From positions 4,464,001 through 4,528,000 of the forward strand of contig NW_026889778.1 in the NCBI RefSeq assembly GCF_033153115.1: DNA of 64,000 nucleotides, in the 5' to 3' direction. The position numbers and the translations under genes were made by a program. The stretch comes from Saccostrea echinata (Eukaryota). Positions 12,263-27,339 of this stretch are shown piece after piece. Within the stretch, counting starts at the first letter, position 1, and each line of letters begins with the position of its first letter. Below the pieces are notes generated by a model. That model was given only the letters and a program-made list of their open reading frames with translations, was not told where the DNA came from and searched no databases.

Positions 12263-13979
12263 TCATACTGAAGCTTGATGTCAAACGGAAAGGTATGGTA
12301 ACCTCCGAATAAGGCTTCTTTTTTTTTTTGCAATGTAAAAAAAATCAAAATAGAGTTAAAATAGTGATAGTTTACATTTCATAACTTTAAATAAAGCTTA
12401 CATAAAAACTAGCTATGCTTTTGATTCAAAGCATACACGGGGCCCACAGAAGGGTAAAAAGTAGTAGACAATTTTACAAAGTGATGAAAATTTTTCAAAT
12501 TTTAGATACTTTTCGCTGTGGAAAAAAGCACAAGCTTGCCTATATGAGATTTTCATATAAAAAAATGTATGTGATACTAGTACATGAAATATGTAAATTT
12601 GGTAGATAGACAAGCTTGTGCTCTGTGTTTTCCAGGAATGTACCTTTAAATTAATGATAATTTAAATTAAAATTTGAAAATTCGGAAATTGTTCAATTTT
12701 GTGACCTTCCTGTGATCTGTGTATGCTTTCATTACTCATTTGAAACATGGATGACAGGTTTGTTTTTAAATAAGAACTCTAGTATCATTTTAAGAGACCC
12801 AAAAGCAGGGTTCTTATCCTTTTTGTCTTGTAACCTTCTAAATCGTCGGAATTTCAGATTAAAAATCCTTCCTCACTCAATTAAAAAATCTACAGTACCT
12901 ACAACGTTTTATTGGCAAGATACGAGATGGACTCCACACTCCACGTTAATTCTAATCTTTTCAATATCATTTTATAATTATTAGGAACTTGACGTTTTAG
13001 TATATGTGGTATATAATTAAAATGTACATGCCGGGTATATAATCCTCTGATGTTTGGAAATAACCGTACCTTTGCTGTCATTTCAGTATATTTCCTGTCA
13101 AAAAAATAATATAATGGTGTCCATCTTCCTCATTGAAAAGAATTAATTGTTATCTTCCATAAACAATCTCAAGTTGTTATTTCTTTTTTCCCCTCTAATT
13201 GGACTTTTCAAGAGGACGTACTAGATCAAATTGTGGGGAATAGGATAGGTTTTTCGTGTATTCATGTTTTCCCATGAAATATCAACAAAATTCGCCTTTC
13301 CTCAATTTTTGTCATGCTAGATAAATAAATTTAAAAAACTCATTTAAAATTAACTTCTGTTTAAGAGTTATTCCTTTAAGATTTTGTTTTTCCACAGACT
13401 ACCACACAATTATGCAACTGAACATAAGTGATTCATAAAGTTTCTAGAACGAGGAATTTGTTATAGTAACCTCGTGATATTTTACATGCATGTCAAATTC
13501 AACAAAGCGTAAAATTAAAAATTCGACTCCTAACTAAGAGAGGGAAGTCTAACCATAATAAGGAAGGTGGATCCTAACCAAATAGTTCTTGAAGTATTTA
13601 TGTTGCAAAATAAAACCCCTGACAAATGTTACTTTAAAGTAGAAACAGTATGGATCCTACTATTCTATACCAATAACGAATACATACTCCTTAATGTCGA
13701 TGTCAATTTAAGATAAGTACAAACAGCGATTTCTTTTAATTTGGAAAATTAGTAGACAAAAATTTATTTGAATACTCACAGTAATACAATTAAAGTTCTC
13801 CAATTGATTGTCTTACTGACGAAACACCTTAAAATTACAAACAATTATACTTTTTCATCCTTTATCATAGAGTAATACTAAAGCGTTTTATCAAACTTGA
13901 GACTTGCTAGATTTTTATGTTAAAAGATAAGAAGAATTAAAACCGCATCTAAACTTGGAATATTCGTTGTCACATTCAT

Positions 13980-16900
13980 TTTACGTTACCTGAGTAACTC
14001 AGGTTTTCCTATTGCTATATGTTTTCATCTGTAAGTGCGTAGTGCGTGGTCGGACGCCAATCGTTCGTTAACGTAGAACCTACGTCATATCGAGTAAATG
14101 AGTTCATACCGTCTTTTTGGTGTTAGATCAATTATGACGTCATATTTAATTTAATTTTACTTTTTCCCGTACTTTTTCCAAGACCATATCATGTAATGAA
14201 GTTACACAACTGTGATAATTTGAATGATAGGCACTTATTTTGAAGGAAATCAAAAATCCTAAGACATCTTAATAGTACAATATCTTGATGAATTGTGTCT
14301 GAGTCAAAGATCTGTTAAAAATTGTGTGTAAATTTTGTAATGTCTATCATGAAATGACGTGCATTCCCTTTCATAATTATTTGTTAATTATTCAAAATGG
14401 TTGGTGTGTAATGATAATGTTTCCCTAAAGTTTATCTTTAAAAAAAATACATTTTTTGATGAATATTCACATTGTAAAATCTGAATGTAACTTTTTGTTA
14501 TTATTTGGGTATGTTCTTCATCATATCAAAGATTGAAAACATTCTGACAAATACTTTTGATCAATATTTACAAATTTAGGTGGTAAATTAATGTAAAAAT
14601 ATTGAGCACATTTGCCTATATTCGTTGATGTGTGAACTTAATCTTTTATGTTAATTGAATAAAAAGAATTTATTCTTGAATAATATTGCTTAATACGGTT
14701 CAGTTAATGAAGTCTATAAACGACGACGTTTGAAGAAGTATTTTTGTGATTTTCTATATTCACTTTATGACCAGTACCCCTAAATATGGCTGAAAATATG
14801 TTGTCGCAGTGTAAAAATTATCATTCCAAGTAGCACAGGCTGCACTACATTTAATAACAAGGAAACATACCATATATTTTTAACTGATTGACAAGCGAGT
14901 GTGAATTTCTCATTTTGAAAAGTTTGACAATCTTGTGACAAAGACTTTTCTGACATTGGTTCTACCTTTAACCTTTGAACATTTTCAGCTTTTTCTCTGG
15001 AACCGCTCAACCAATTTCACCCAATTTCACCCAATTTTGGCATATATGCGAGGGTTGTCCCAAAACGTCGTAGACATTATTTATAACTTTGTAAACATTC
15101 AACCAATACTAACCAAATTTTGCATAGCTACCATTTACTCAATGTTCCTTAAAACAGTGAATTCTTATATAAATATCTTTCAGTGAAATAATATTATGAC
15201 GATTTATAAAAAGGCCAATATGGTTTGTCGGCGCACGAATAAAATCCAGATTAATTTACGTATGTAACTATTTCAGTTGTATTTATTCTCTGATAATAAG
15301 TAAGACATAAAACACAATTTTATATCAGTTAAACCAGATACAAATCGTAATATATATATATGTCAAATTTTTACATAAATGACATCAAAGATAGAGGATT
15401 AGTGTCATAAATTTTAAAGTGTTGTCGAAATTTAGCATGCTGCAAATAAAGTCGTTAAACGCGTTCGCGGGGATGTAATAAATATTGCATTTAATGTGGT
15501 TTGTCCACTTCAGAGACGGAAAAAGATAAAGACTTGACATAACACAGTAGAACGTTAGTGGAGAAGTTGTTTATAAATGGCATGAAATTCAAGGACGGTT
15601 TCACCTCCGAACCGAAAATAAATAGGCGTAAGAAGCGGAGTACTTTGTGTTAAATTCAGACGGTGAGGAACGTTATGGGTCACGATCGATGTCTAACTTT
15701 GTGTATTCTCTGCTTCCTACAATGTAATACAACCTTTCGAGGACTGAAGTTTGAATCTGATCAAAAAATAGAGAAAGTGGTGAATTTGAATGAGTCCCTC
15801 TGTTAAGAGTGTTTTACCTGTTTTAAAAATCAATGAGATGCTCAAGAGACGAGCGTTGAGCACACGGACCAGTACTTTAAAATGATCATGAGGTTATAAG
15901 AGACGTAAATTACGCTTGATTCTGTGCATTTACACTTGACTTCCGCTCCTATGCTTTCTTCATTTTTACATTATTTTCTAATTAAATATGTTATACTCAT
16001 GAAACTTGAAATTGATGATCAATAAATGTAGCTTTTTACTATGAAAAGAAAAGAAAGTTAATTTAGCAAAGAAAAACCTGACTTGTTTTCCATGTCTACG
16101 ACATTTTGGGACAACCATCGTAGCATACATGGGTAAAGAGAAACAAAAATTATTAATTTCATGGGCCCTGCCCCCTCCCTGGGGGGGGGGGGGCTTAAAG
16201 AATGGGGCTAAACCATCAAAAGTAGTGCAATCTTTAAAAATCATCTTCTTTACTCCTGGACATCAAGTAGTCAAACTGTTGGCATGATTGTAAGAAGCAA
16301 TGAAAACTCTACTATAATTGCAAAGAATCCTCTTCCAGAATTGTAAAATTAATAGCCTCAGGGTCTGGGGTTCTTGGTTTAGGGCGGGGCTCTATAGATC
16401 ATAAATTATTTCAAATTTTTTTTTGCTTCTTAGTATTTAGTAGGTAAATTAAGTGTACGATTTTGTGTGTAAGGTTCCTCTTACAACATTGTGAAATTCA
16501 TGACCCCTGGGTCAGGAATTCTGGTGTAAGGACGGGGCTCTATTGATTCTGTAATGATTTTTCAATAATTCTCTGAAAATCCCTCTCTGCTCCTGGGTAT
16601 TTAGCAGAGTATTGAGCAAAATATTTTACAGATTTGTGAAATTCTTGACCACTGAGTCAAGGGTTCTGGTACCAGGCATGTCTCTATCAATCATGTAAGG
16701 ATTTTTTTTTTTGATTTTGAGAGATGTTATTTACCTATTTTACTCACCTATGATATTTAATCACTGTATATAGTGTAGTTGATCAAATGAAAGAATCATA
16801 TGAGAATATTTAATGTATAATCTAAAAAGTACATATTTAAGTTTTAATGGGCAGTTACACTTGTAAATAATAGATAAATAAGAAAAAAAAATACCTGTAT

Positions 16901-17192
16901 TTTGGACATGAAATGTTCTTCAAAGAGCAAGAGAGGCCAGAGTTCAGATAATTCTGTAGGGCTGAATTAATTGTTCATTATGCTCAAGTACTGGTGATGG
17001 TGATAGAGTGTATATAAGTGTAATTTTAAGTGATTGCTGGTTACCAGATAACTGTTTAGTTGATTCCAACAACATTTCATACACCAGTTTATCTGGTTTT
17101 ATTATATAATTATTATACTGTCATTTCCTTGCTCCTACTTTTCAGGGTTGTTTTATACTCAGGTGACTTTTAAGGCCCGTGGACCTCTTGTT
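13980..17192 (+). mobile_element. HINE (Helentron-associated non-autonomous element) with internal ~160-170 bp satellite-like repeats and secondary insertions
   Basis: 5' ttttacgttacctgagtaactcagg...ctattgcta; 3' actcaggtgacttttaaggcccgtggacctcttgtt; internal repeats gtgaaattcatgacccctgggtcagg...ggggctctat at ~16140-16700. Confidence 0.65.
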
Positions 17193-17489
17193 TGAGAATG
17201 CAATCATTTGATTTTTTCTAAATACGAACCAAATTTTATTTGAACCAAAAAATATAAATAAATATATAAATAAATAAATAACTAAAGTAAATGTATCAAT
17301 CTCAAAGAATCTGGATTTTTTTTTTAAATAATCATGATAACCTAGATTAATTGAAGGGAAAAAACAATAAAAAGAATAATGTATATTAATGCAATCTTCT
17401 TTAGTATTAGTTTCTTTTAATCGGACCAAAACTTTAGGACGAAAATAGTTTCAAAAAAGCATTAACTGACGAACAGTGATACACGGTCA

Positions 17490-18110
17490 GAAAAATTGTG
17501 TAGATACATGTATAAGATCATTGGCTTTGTCATGATTTGCTCTTTTTAGGAGCGTTTTTTTTTATTGCTAAATTTTTAAATTATTTGTGCATAAATAATT
17601 TTAGAAAGTGTTACTTTTTTCTATTTGTTATAGTGTTCTGCAGCTTTCATGCATTTCGCTCGACACAGTAAATCAACATTAAGTCATTTTCTGTCTAAAT
17701 ATATTATTTCAAAAGAATTTGATGCATTGGCAATGGAATTCAAACAAACAGAAGCACGGAAAAGGGGGTGGGGAGGGAGAGGGGAAGAGGGGATGTCTTT
17801 TACCGTCTGAAAAATTGTGTAGATACATGTATAAGATCATTGGCTTTGTCATGATTTGCTCTTTTTAGGAGCGTTTTTTTTTAATTTCTAAATTTTTAAA
17901 TTATTTTCTGCATAAATAATTTGAGAGAGTGTTACTTTTATCTATTTGTTATGATGTTCTGCAGGTTCATGCATTTTGCTCGACACAGTAAATCAACATT
18001 AAGTCACTTTCTGTCTAAATATATCATTTTAAAAGAATTTGATCCATTGGCAATGAAATTCAAACAAACAGAAGCACGGAAAAGGAGGGGGAGGGGATGT
18101 CTTTTACCGT
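17490..18110. repeat. ~320-bp direct tandem duplication
   Basis: gaaaaattgtgtagatacatgtataagatc...gggatgtcttttaccgt occurs twice back to back. Confidence 0.85.
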
Positions 18111-18268
18111 TACAATGAGCTCAAGTGGGTTTAGCTCGGTAGGGTTAACAACATAGGGTAAAATTAAAGAAAGACTAAGTTAATTCATTAGTAAGTCTTT
18201 ATTTCATGATATAGTTTCATCAATGAGAACGCTTTGAACTCAAACTAACATCCTTTTTCCTTTCAAAG

Positions 18269-18303
<35 letters not shown>

Positions 18304-19816
18304 CCTGATTTTTTTCTTTTTTAAAGCAATTCATTCTATGAACCCTTTGTGAATAATTGAGAAAGGGATTTTTTTAAAAATTAAAATCGTAGCGGAAGAC
18401 TAAGATCTTGTAGTTAAAATAATCAGTTTGAAAGCTTTCAAATATCATTGAAAAAAAATCTAAAATTAATGGCTTTTGTCTTTCTAAAATTATCAACTCA
18501 AAATACTTACATGTACAAAGAAACCACAATTTGTATTGATGTTATTCTCTCCCGCCGGAAATTTCTTTAGTGGAGTCTCTCATCTGCATGTACTGAAAAA
18601 GATAAACGGAACAAAGACTGCTCGTTAAACGTACGTTAAAATGATTTTTGGGGGGTAGGGGGAGGTGCGCACTCTTTCTATTAATTTATGAGTTGCTACG
18701 TCGATTTCCTTTTGTTGATTATTGGTTAAACCGCAGCCCTGCTGGTGTACGCTGTTTCCTGTCATAAAACAATTACAGTAAATTTTTTGTTTTACGACAT
18801 TTGGCCAGTCATATTCTATCAGTCGTAAATAACAATATGTTAAGCTTCAGGAGTTTTTTTTCACATTTCATGAAATACATGTATAATGATTTTACAAACA
18901 AATAGAACTATACTGATGTTATTTACAGTTGAAGTAATAAATATAACATTTAAATATTGCCATATATTTATTAGTATTTCTATGATATACATGTAACTTT
19001 GAATTATTAATTAAAATTAAAACCATTTAGGCTTTAATTTCATGGAGGCACAATTTTAACAATGCAGCTTTCTTATTTTTTTTCGTAATATATACACTTT
19101 TGCAGTATGAAACGATATAATTTAAAAATGAAGGAAATAATTATGATTGACATTCATATTCAATTTTAATAATTTAAGTATCAATGATTTTAGTGCACAT
19201 TACAATATTATTGTGTGGTATATTTTCCATTTTCCTTATACATGCCCACCCCTTTCTGAGACAAAGTCGTCAAGGGACAGGAGGTTATAATTATGGGAGC
19301 AGGATGAATCAAATGTTAAAATGAATTTAAATAAACCTGTACTTTGGTAAATAAATTGCTATGTCGACGTATATATTGGTTTTGGATCTACAAAAAATGT
19401 AAATACTTTTCAAGACCAGTTATGACAGCGCTGTTATCAAGCAGTTGAACTTTCAGTTCGTTGCCTGTAGATTTATTAAAAGATAGATGTGTTCAAAACT
19501 AATATACGTATAGATATGAATCTATCAGAAGCACTGCGGGAGAAACGAAATTGGAGAAAAAAAGTACGTGTAATATCAAATTCAAAAAATCCCCCGTCTT
19601 TTCAGCACCGTCTTAATTAACAAACAAAAAGTCGATAATAGGGCGAATTATACAGACTCGATAGCTCAGTTACGTAACATTATGATACACGATACTCTGG
19701 GTACCAGGAGAGAAGACATGACGCTTAGCGCTTGCTGTGAAATCTAACATATTACATTAAATATAAATATTATCTTAGACATTTACTTTCTTTTAGTTGT
19801 TCTTCTGAGCTGTAAA

Positions 19817-22800
19817 ATGCAGCATTATTTTTCATTTGCAACCTTTTTAGCCATTTGCTCTGCACTCGAAAATATTTCGTGTAAGTATTGAATCACGCTT
19901 TATTTCTTTAAATAACAATTCTAAGGCAAGCTCATTTTACAAACCCCATTTCGGACATATCAAATATTTTTAAATTCGATATAACGAATTTTCGTATTAG
20001 TTTAATTGAATTTGATTCTTTAAATAAAAAAAAAGAACCCGTTTAAATGAATTTAATTTGCTTTAACAATTTTTTTGAAGTTGGTATAAACGAGTTCAAT
20101 CTGTTATGGTAAATCTATTGAATTCATTTTAACATATTCTAAAAATTTGCTACAAATCAAATTTGAATTAACAAATTTCAGAGTTCATCTTTTCAAACTG
20201 TTGAAAGCAATATGAGCTGCAACTTTGATGTCAGAAATTTTTGTTGCAAAATTGTTTCAATGATAGAAAAGAAGAACGTTTTTAAACTTCAGTTGTTCAT
20301 ATCTACGATGGAAGAACTATTTATAAGCTTTGATTGAAGCAAAATTACATTACTGTCGTCCTGTACAATATTGATTTCTTATATAACACTATATATTTGA
20401 TTGTACAGAATCCTTTATTCTGAAACAATTTGAAACTTTATTTCTGTCTAATTGATCAAAAAAGTTTAAATTACATACAAATTTATCATAATAACACATT
20501 TTAATAGCAAGAGAAAATTCATAAAATTGCAGCTCATATTGCTTGAATCTGTTTTTTACTGATTTCTAAAATTTGATTTCACATACATGTATTTCTAACC
20601 AATCCTTGATTACATATTAATAAATTAGGTATAACAATTGTAGAATTCGTTAAAACTATTTTAATTCAATATACAGATTTTTTTAACTTGCTATAGCGAT
20701 TTAATCTGTCATAATGTATTTGTTATTACATATATTTTTTTTCTTTATCATAAGTTACAAAGAATTTGTAAGATTGAAATTTAAAACTATCTAATTTGTT
20801 CCCACAAAATCCGCAATCTATTATCACAAATTAGATCGAAATATATTTTCACAGATTAAACGAATTTAGCAATTTGCAGTTATAATCTCTGAAATTCTTT
20901 CAAATCAATTTAATTCGCAACAACATTTTTTTTAAATTCGTAATAACTTATTCAGCTAATGCGTTATAACAGATTAAATTTGTTTTAAGGTACTCATTTT
21001 TTTAGACCGAATTAAATTCGTTATAACGAATTCGACAAATCGTTATATCTAATCGAAATATATGTTTCTTTTAATTATCCATAAATATAATTATAATTTT
21101 TGATATCGAAGAAAAATAAATGAGGACACATCCTACATAGAATCTAATGGTAAGTCTAAAAAAGGGGTGGGGGGTGGGGGGGTGGGGGGGGAGTTACTGT
21201 CTTTAAGACAAAGGGCTGATCACTCTAACTAAATCTAGTGCTAATTTTATGGGATGTTTGTTTCTCATAGTGACTGTCATTTCTAGCATTATAAAGACAC
21301 ATTTTTAATTGGCTTATATACCACGTTTTAATTATCTAAAGTCACAAAACATAATTTAGTTTCACCTTAAATTTCTGAAAGCAAAATTCAAATGTTAAAA
21401 AAATAACAAATCTTTCTGACAAATATCCATTTATCTTGGTTTTTCTCACGTTAGACAAAAACAATACTTGTACTTTGGCCCTCACATCAGAAATTGTCAC
21501 CGAAATGCCGTAAATGTAATTGTTAATGACGTTAATTTACAATTTTTTTTATTTGTCATTAAGATATAATTCCTGATGATGGTTGTTCCTTATTCCCCCC
21601 TGTGTATGTGGACGAACAGTTAAACTATCACCTTGGTTACTATGGTATGGAGATTGACCCGCTCTGTGACGATATAGAGTTCCACGGTAACGATGCTAAG
21701 GAGACCTATCCTAATGAATTCACAATGTGCTTCACGGCCCTATTGTTCAGGGATCCATACTGCTCCATACGTGTAGAAATCATGGAGGGACGGCCTGATG
21801 CAGATCCTATTTATGTAAGAATTTATTTTCTCCTGGAGGTTGTCTGATACACGGTGTCTCTGGTTTAGTTTATCGTTTGTAGGATAAATTATATCAATCA
21901 TTTCATCTTTATTTCTTCTATTAGAGATAAACTTAATTATAAAAGATCGATTGTACGTTCTAGTTTATTTAATTCGTAATAAAAATTTAAAAGTTTTAAT
22001 AATAACTAGATCTTTAAAATTTCTAAAATACAATGTAAAAAATTTAAAAATCAACAATCAACTAAATTTAAATGATGCAAAAATAAAGTTAGTCATGCAG
22101 TGTGAAATGGAACATGTAACTAACGTATTGGTTGCACACGATTTTCCAAGAGAAATATTTATGAACAATGATATTTTTTAAAGAAAAATTCCACTGTCAA
22201 ATTCCTTGTTCGCCACTTCTTGGCACTTGATCCCACCTCTGGAATTTCCAGGGGTCCGCGGGTTTTATGGCCTGTTTAATTGTTGTTTTTTTTTTTTTTT
22301 TTTTTTTTTTTTTGTTTTTAGGTCGGTTCCTTTTTTGGATCGATCGGTGTTCGTTATCTTCAGCTCTTTCATATTTATAAAATAATTGCTGTGATTAACA
22401 TTCATTTGAAATCAGTGTGGTTTTAGATCAATTCCAAATACATGAATTATATTATTACATGTAATGTATATTGCGTGTAAAACTTGTACCTGAGAAACAC
22501 GACCAGAAGGTTGAAAACAATATATATATTGTAACAAACCTCTCTCTCTTTTAACAGACATTCAATTGTACAACCAAACCTCCGATGCACAGAAAGGTTT
22601 GCCTGCAGAAAAACCAAAGACTTTTTGCGAGAGTGACGCCTGGCTGGGGATATGAATTGTCAGAATTCAGTTTTCTCATCACGGCACCCAAAGTCTACAA
22701 GAGGTTCTGTAAGTTTATTGTATTCCTAACCTCTTGGTAAACTCTGGAAGGTGTTTCTCCGTCAGTCTAGCTGATTCTACAGTCTAAAAATGCTTGTGTT

Positions 22801-25318
22801 CGTCAGTGTATCCATCTGAATTTTTTTTGTTTTCATAGTTTCTGATCTTTTTATGGTTTTTTTGTCCAGATATTTCAATCAAATTCTGTTGATGTATTTA
22901 GCTGCTGATTGTTTAGGGCATATATAATTCTAAAAATCCTTGAATAAATCAAGCCCTGTATCACTTACAATCGGGGAAATTTTTTGCATTCTTTGGAAGC
23001 GAATTAATCACATCTGATATATTATACGGTGACCGTATGTTTTCTATAAGGTGCAGATCTATGCATATTGCTATTATGAATTCTTAGAATCACAGTATCA
23101 AGTATAGACTTCATAAATGAATCTATTGTTTAAATCTATTTGAAATGTTTTGTGAAGACTTTAAGGAACAAATTTGCTTGAGCAATACTCATGGTTTTTT
23201 TTACATAATTTTTTTTAAAAGCAAACATGTTCCTATGACAAGAAAATAGGCAAAGATTATATGCAAAGCTTTTTTACAGGTACTTTACAGAAAAGATAAA
23301 ATAAACCAAGTTTATTCTTGTTACACGTGTTTTGTTTAATTTTACCATAATTTGAAGTTGAAAAAGCCCCTGTGTCCCTCCAAGCTTTTCACAAGAAAAA
23401 CGATGTTGTTTACAGGGGAGTACTCCATTGTTCAGGCAGTTAGTGGGGTTGCAGGGGGAACGGTCGTTCTCTGTATTTTGATTGGTTTAGTTCTCTGCCA
23501 CCAGAATAAAGGAAACAGTGCCAGACAGAAATATCGGCGCCCAGGTAAAACAGCCAAATATTGATATAAAAATGATATAGGTAAAAAATGGATGAATAGT
23601 GTTTTAAAAGTCGTGGTTGATTGCAAATTTTTTAATAGACAAAAGCGTTTATTTTCTTGTTTGAAATGGTTTTAACTATTAATGAAACCGAGTCTAATTC
23701 GAGTGCGCATGACTTTGCGCAGCTTTTTAATTTCATACAGTCATACAGCTACATTACACCTTTCCCAAATATTGGGATTTTAATACAAAATTAACATTAT
23801 CTGTAACACCTATGGGTCTGAAATTCTGCTTTTACAACAATAATTAGGAAAAAACCGCTGAAATGGCTCTAACGACGTCACTGTTTTCCGATTTTGTAAG
23901 CAATGCATGACGCTGAAGAATGACACATGACTCGCTAGTATTATTCAAGATGTCCATGGATATTATACTAAAAACTGTTGACAGAACATTAAAAGAAACA
24001 TACTAGCAATCTAAACATTGCTATTTTTTACCAAACAATTCACCTGCGCTGATAATTCATCTGCACCAATACATACATATACCGCAATATGGCAATTTTA
24101 GAGGTATTGGGCATTGAAAAAATAAACTTTGAAATAATTCCTACAAACAATCTAGATGGTCAACTTTTTTGAAATTTCAGAATTTGGTGACTTTTTACAA
24201 TAACTTTCATGTACTTGGCTGAAAAAGAAATCTCTAGGGCAGAAATAAAAAAAAAAAAAATATGGAAAAAATGTGATAAATTGGCGCTTTTCCAACAAAG
24301 TCCCATAGGGTTCAATAGTAAAATTTGACAACTTTTGAGATGGCCCCTTAAGAAATCGGGACGGTAAACATTCAATTTTTTAATCTTAAAACAATAAATG
24401 TAATAGTTTGTTTGTTTGTATGTTGTTTAACGTCCCTCTCGAGAATTTTTCACTCATATGGAGACGCCATCACTTGCCGGTGGAGAGCTGCAAATTTTGT
24501 CCTATACTCGGTACTTACGGCCATTGAGCAGTGACGGATCTTTTTCGTGCCAGCACCTACTGCGACACGGGAACTCGGTTTATACGGTCTCATCCGAAGG
24601 ACCGGTCTCCACGTCCTACAGTGGGATTCGAACTCGCGACGTAAGGACCAACTCCTTACTTCGCGACTCTAGGGCAGACGCTCTAACCACTGCGCCACGC
24701 GGGCGACTATAAATATAATAGTAAAAATCAATTAAAGAAAATGTATCAAAATCTCTAGGGTAGAAATAATTAGACTCGGCCTCGTTATACTATAGGTACA
24801 TCTGTACATATAAACGCAAATATGATAATTCAGTATGTTATTCATTTTTTCTATTCAAAGTACCAATGCATCGGGTGCAAAACAAAGATTCAAACTACTT
24901 AGGAAAGCCTGAAATTACATCAAAATCGTCCACCAACACCACTTCATCAGGGAGATCTCCCACAGCGGGCCAAAATGTAAAGAAAGACCAAACCGCCGCA
25001 TCCTCTGCGGCAACCAATGGGACTTCTGCCTCACAAACAGGATCCTCGGGGACTTCTTATGATGTGGGAGAAAGGAATAACACAGCGTTCACAATGAAGA
25101 AGACTGGAAACAATGATAAGATTGAAATAGCAAAAAATGGCAAAGATGAAATAAGAAAGAGGCAGAAAGTTATTGCTGTGGCAGAAGAGACAGGAAGATC
25201 AGGGACTGAAGAAAAAGTTGTCTTTATGGAGGACAGAGTAGGAGCGGGTGCCAACAATGTGGCTCAAGCAGAAGAGAAGCAAACATCTTTGGTCAGAAGA
25301 AATGCCAACAAGTTTTAA
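19817..25318 (+). CDS. Five-exon type I membrane protein (~350 aa): signal peptide, Cys-containing ectodomain (possibly CUB-like), TM helix, Ser/Thr-rich tail
   Basis: Exons 19817-19880 (MQHYFSFATFLAICSALENIS), 21564-21814, 22558-22708, 23416-23544 (TM: VAGGTVVLCILIGLVLC) and 24861-25318. All introns are GT-AG, phases 1/0/1/1 join without stops, total 1053 nt. Confidence 0.8.
22219..22360 (+). mobile_element. Penelope-like 3'-end remnant (intronic)
   Basis: ggcacttgatcccacctctggaatttccaggggtccg...tgttcgttatcttc. Confidence 0.6.
24407..24708 (-). mobile_element. tRNA-derived SINE (central domain resembles Deu/Nin)
   Basis: Minus strand: A-box TGGCGCAGTGG, B-box GTTCGAATCC, central CCTTCGGATGAGACCGTATAAACCGAG, (CAAA)n tail. 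Flanked by ATAAAT(G/A)TAATAG direct repeats at 24394-24406 and 24709-24721. Confidence 0.85.
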
Positions 25319-26282
25319 AAAGATGCATGTTTTAATTCGAAACTTTTTTTATGATAGCAGCGCTAGTTTGAAAAAAATGTAAAAGAAAAAATCAGTTAAT
25401 CGAAGTATTAGCATGTTATAAAGAAAGGAACATTTAGTTCCATGTGAGATGCATTGGTTTTCTTTCGTGTAATTGTAAAGACATAAGACATCCGGAACTG
25501 TCGTTTGGAATCGAAACCATTTATATCAGAAAAACTCAAATTACTCGGTTGGGGGAGGGGGGGGGGGGATGAAGATACGAACGGTCCAACATGGTGGCTT
25601 GTGACACTACGTAGATTTTATTTCTCTTAAATACTATTAATCAAAGAATTTATAGTTGGGCTAATGATATATTCTCTGTACGCTATATAGCACAATACGA
25701 ATTTTAAACGTGTCTGACAATATGTGTAGAAATAAGGGATTAAAATTAAAATGATTTTTAAAATATAAAGAAGACGTACATTACTTCAGTCAGAAAACAA
25801 ATAAAGGAATGTTCGTATTTGATTTAGAACCATTACTATTTTTTAACTGTGTGAAGAAAACATCTTGAAAAAACCATATGAAAAGTGAATAAACGGAGTG
25901 AGTAAATAGATTTACTATTATATTCCCTTGTGCTTTCCCAAGGTGATAATATCTTATAAACGGCACTTTTTCCTTCCTGACGAACCTTATTTTCTAAGCC
26001 ATGACCATGACCTCATCATCATAAAACAAATCCATTGTACTTCAAAACTTTTGACAATCCTCAACAAAGTTAAAAGTCTTTAGCAAGTAAAGTTCCTCTT
26101 ATGAATTCCCATACTAGACTTGGAAAATTTTACTTGACAAAAATATACGATCACTTTGAATTCAATATACTTTTGGGAAAAAAGTTTACATGTGTCAAAG
26201 AAAAAGATGATTTGAACAATATCAAAATTATTATTTAGAAGAAAATTAATGATTGAATATTTTTTCTAGTTGCCTTTTCAAA

Positions 26283-26550
26283 GAGGTGAAGATAACGAAC
26301 AGAGAGCGATCTCAAAACAATCTACAAACAATACAAATATGTGAACAAGGCATAAAACACGGACTTTCGAAAATTCTAGAGGTGGGATCGGGTACCTAGG
26401 AGGAGTAAGCATCCCTTTTTGACCGGTCACACCCGCCGTGAGCCTTATGTATTGATCACGTAGACGGAACATCCCGTAGTCAAATTTAATATAAAAACAA
26501 AGGCTGCCTAACAACTGCTATGAAACACGGCAGCCAAACTACGACCAAAT
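26283..26550 (-). mobile_element. Penelope-like 3' fragment (second subfamily)
   Basis: Reverse complement reads ggctcacggcgggtgtgaccggtcaaaaagggatgcttactcctcctagg...atcccacctct. Confidence 0.75.
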
Positions 26551-27339
26551 GACTTTTCCATCCCAGTGGGTCTCTTATTGACATTTACATGATTAATTGT
26601 TTTGTCATAGCTTCTGTTAATGATGATAAGGGTGGTGTCGGGGCTCTGTATTCAATTCACCCAAGGATGCTTTATACCAAATGGTACAGTAAAAGCTGAA
26701 AATATGAACATTTCAGATGAGACACACAACTAGTATAGAGATACTGGACACTCATTGGTCAGAAAAGCTCAATTGAGCCTTCGTCTATTGTTACTTAAAT
26801 GTTAAAATGTTGACTCAGATCTAAAAACAAAAATGTTTAACTACTGTTAAATATGATAATGCATTGGATTACTAAACGCGATTTTGAGCTGCCTATTTAT
26901 TATGTATCTAAGGTAGGATATGACAAAGAATCTGAGACCTTGAAGTGATAGATGCAAAATCATGTTCCAAAAAGTGAATTTAAAACAATTTGTGTAAAGT
27001 GGTAACTCATTTTCACTTTAAAGGTCAGGGGGATTTACAACTGTACGAACATGTAAATTGTTATAAAGAGATAGAAAGTTTCTTGTAAGTTAATATTTTT
27101 GTTCAATATTGTTATATCTGATATGACACGTTTTCTTGAATTTATTGTAGTTATTCAGTTCAAATAAATAAATGTACATTTCATCGTAAAGATGTTTCTT
27201 TTTTTTATTCATAATACTACTTTTTTAAAATCTGCTTTTCAGATTACTACGCATTTCAAAAGGATAGGATTACATGCATGCCTATTCAAAGGAGAATTTA
27301 AGAAAATTAAAGCCCTTTACGTAAATGTTTTAGTGATCA

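Noticed and set aside
21160-21195. G-quadruplex-like G tracts here and elsewhere
   Set aside because: Poly-G runs are frequent throughout this window, mostly inside repeats, with no sign of a specific function.
24615-24708. tRNA gene
   Set aside because: No proper cloverleaf; it continues into a SINE body, tail and TSD.
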